Shown in pieces: positions 62,825 through 64,000 of a stretch of 64,000 bases of DNA. This DNA comes from Klebsormidium nitens. Its lineage: Eukaryota > Plantae > Klebsormidiophyceae. Positions within the stretch are counted from its first letter, which is position 1; each line of letters opens with the position of its first letter. A model generated the notes under the pieces. The model had not been told where the DNA came from and made no database searches. It saw nothing but the letters and a program-made list of their open reading frames with translations. The stretch is taken from positions 11,759 through 75,758 of the forward strand of contig DF237404.1 of the NCBI GenBank assembly GCA_000708835.1, given 5' to 3'. The translations under genes and the position numbers were made by a program.

Positions 62825-64000
62825 GAAAAATCACTGACAGATCTCTTGTTCTCAGAATTGTACACGAAATCCAAAACCGATCCGGCCTTACCACCATCTG
62901 TCATGTAAAAGCTCACATGCGTGACAAGACCGCCACAAGATCTCTCACCGAGCTTCCTCCTGAAAAAGTGCACCAGGAATTCAATAAGATTGCAGACTCA
63001 GGCAGCCAAAGCTACCCTCGCCCTTAGAACCCCTATTATTCCTGATACTCGGTAAGTTTCTGGTCCAGATCCTGGGCCGCACATTACCAACCTTCCACAG
63101 GCTAAACAAGATCCGACCCTACTAACCTATATCCAGACTTCGAATGTGCCGTCTGTTCTACAGGCAAGCGCGAGACCATCGAACACCTTCTCTTCGATTG
63201 CCCTTTTTATGCTAAGCAGCGGACTGCCCTTAGTGAAACTTGCATGCAACAGCTTACCACGACCTTTCCAAGCATATCAAAGGCGTCCATCCGTAACCAC
63301 TAGCTCACAGGAGATGGGCCAGACTCAACCCTCAAGATCGATCCAAAATTTCGCTCAGCAGGACAACTTTCCGCCTCCATCAAGATATGACTAACGAACA
63401 TCTCTAGTAACTCTCAGAGAGCAGAAAAAGTAGGTCGGAAACTTCACCTCGCCCTCATCTCCGGCTTTCACGACATTTGGATTACCGTCACGCTGCAATG
63501 AAATAAAGACAAGAGGCCTGTTATTTAGAGACCGCCTTCGACTTTTTGCGTCTCAAAGCCCCTCAACGAGATGACAGAAGATGACTACATACAATATGCA
63601 ACAAGCCTTAATGACCACATCAATGGGCACCAACCCACCTCAAAGCACGCGCAGACTTCAGCTCGGATAAGGCGGACAGTAAAGCCCCGTAGACCACCCC
63701 CCCCTGCCAAAACAAACAGACAAGCACCTGCTGGGCTTCCTCAGCCCCAGCAAGTGGCACCCCCTGTTTCAATCAACCCAGAGTGCGTTACTCCCCCTTC
63801 CTCAGATTCATTAAGACACAAGCGCCCTCCACCCGCGCGCGAGGTCGGCAGCGAACAGAAACGGAGAAGATGTGCCACGAAACACCGAAGCGACAAACCA
63901 GACACCTTCAATCCAATTGACCCCCATTGGCAATTAAACTTCCAGATACAGCGTGTCGTTGGCGATGGGAACTGCCTCTTCCGGGCACTCCTTGTGTAAC

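Larger units (their letters stand above)
59560..64000 (+). mobile_element. Decayed, 5'-truncated non-LTR (LINE-like) retrotransposon: RT C-terminal part, RNase H, CCHC zinc knuckle, then OTU-like motif
   Basis: Motifs: ISANGYADDLALVG, ELSPTKC, YKYLG (RT); VYTDGS...QTISRAEAFGV...IHCD...HVKAH...NKIAD (RNase H); CAVC...ETIEHLLFDC (~63145-63200); IQRVVGDGNCLFRAL (~63945-63990). Multiple frameshifts and stops. Confidence 0.88.

Overview
Eukaryotic nuclear DNA with moderately high GC and many GT-AG introns. The plant-type genes (ABC4/MenA, R2R3-MYB, plant-type P4H), plastid-like transit peptides and compact layout suggest a streptophyte green alga such as Klebsormidium; this is inference, not a database match. 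I reconstructed exons by hand for about ten protein genes: the 3' end of an unknown gene, R2R3-MYB, PMP22/Mpv17, DHNA phytyltransferase, double-hotdog acyl-CoA thioesterase, uridine-kinase/PRK-like P-loop kinase, a plastid membrane protein of unknown function, a GcvR-like tandem-ACT protein, prolyl 4-hydroxylase, thymidylate kinase and a DEDDy 3'-5' exonuclease. There is also an intron-containing tRNA-Val(UAC), a 5'-truncated non-LTR retrotransposon interrupted by a nested TIR element carrying a ~105-bp repeat array, and several MITE-like or hairpin elements. Most notable: (1) two tandem homologous 105-nt exons in P4H that look mutually exclusive and encode the substrate-binding loop; (2) an exonuclease apparently fused to an F1-ATPase-beta N-terminal barrel-like domain; (3) a LINE-like element whose polyprotein appears to run into an OTU protease motif. 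The region ~38.7-43.2 kb is unresolved. Exon boundaries are manual predictions without transcript support.
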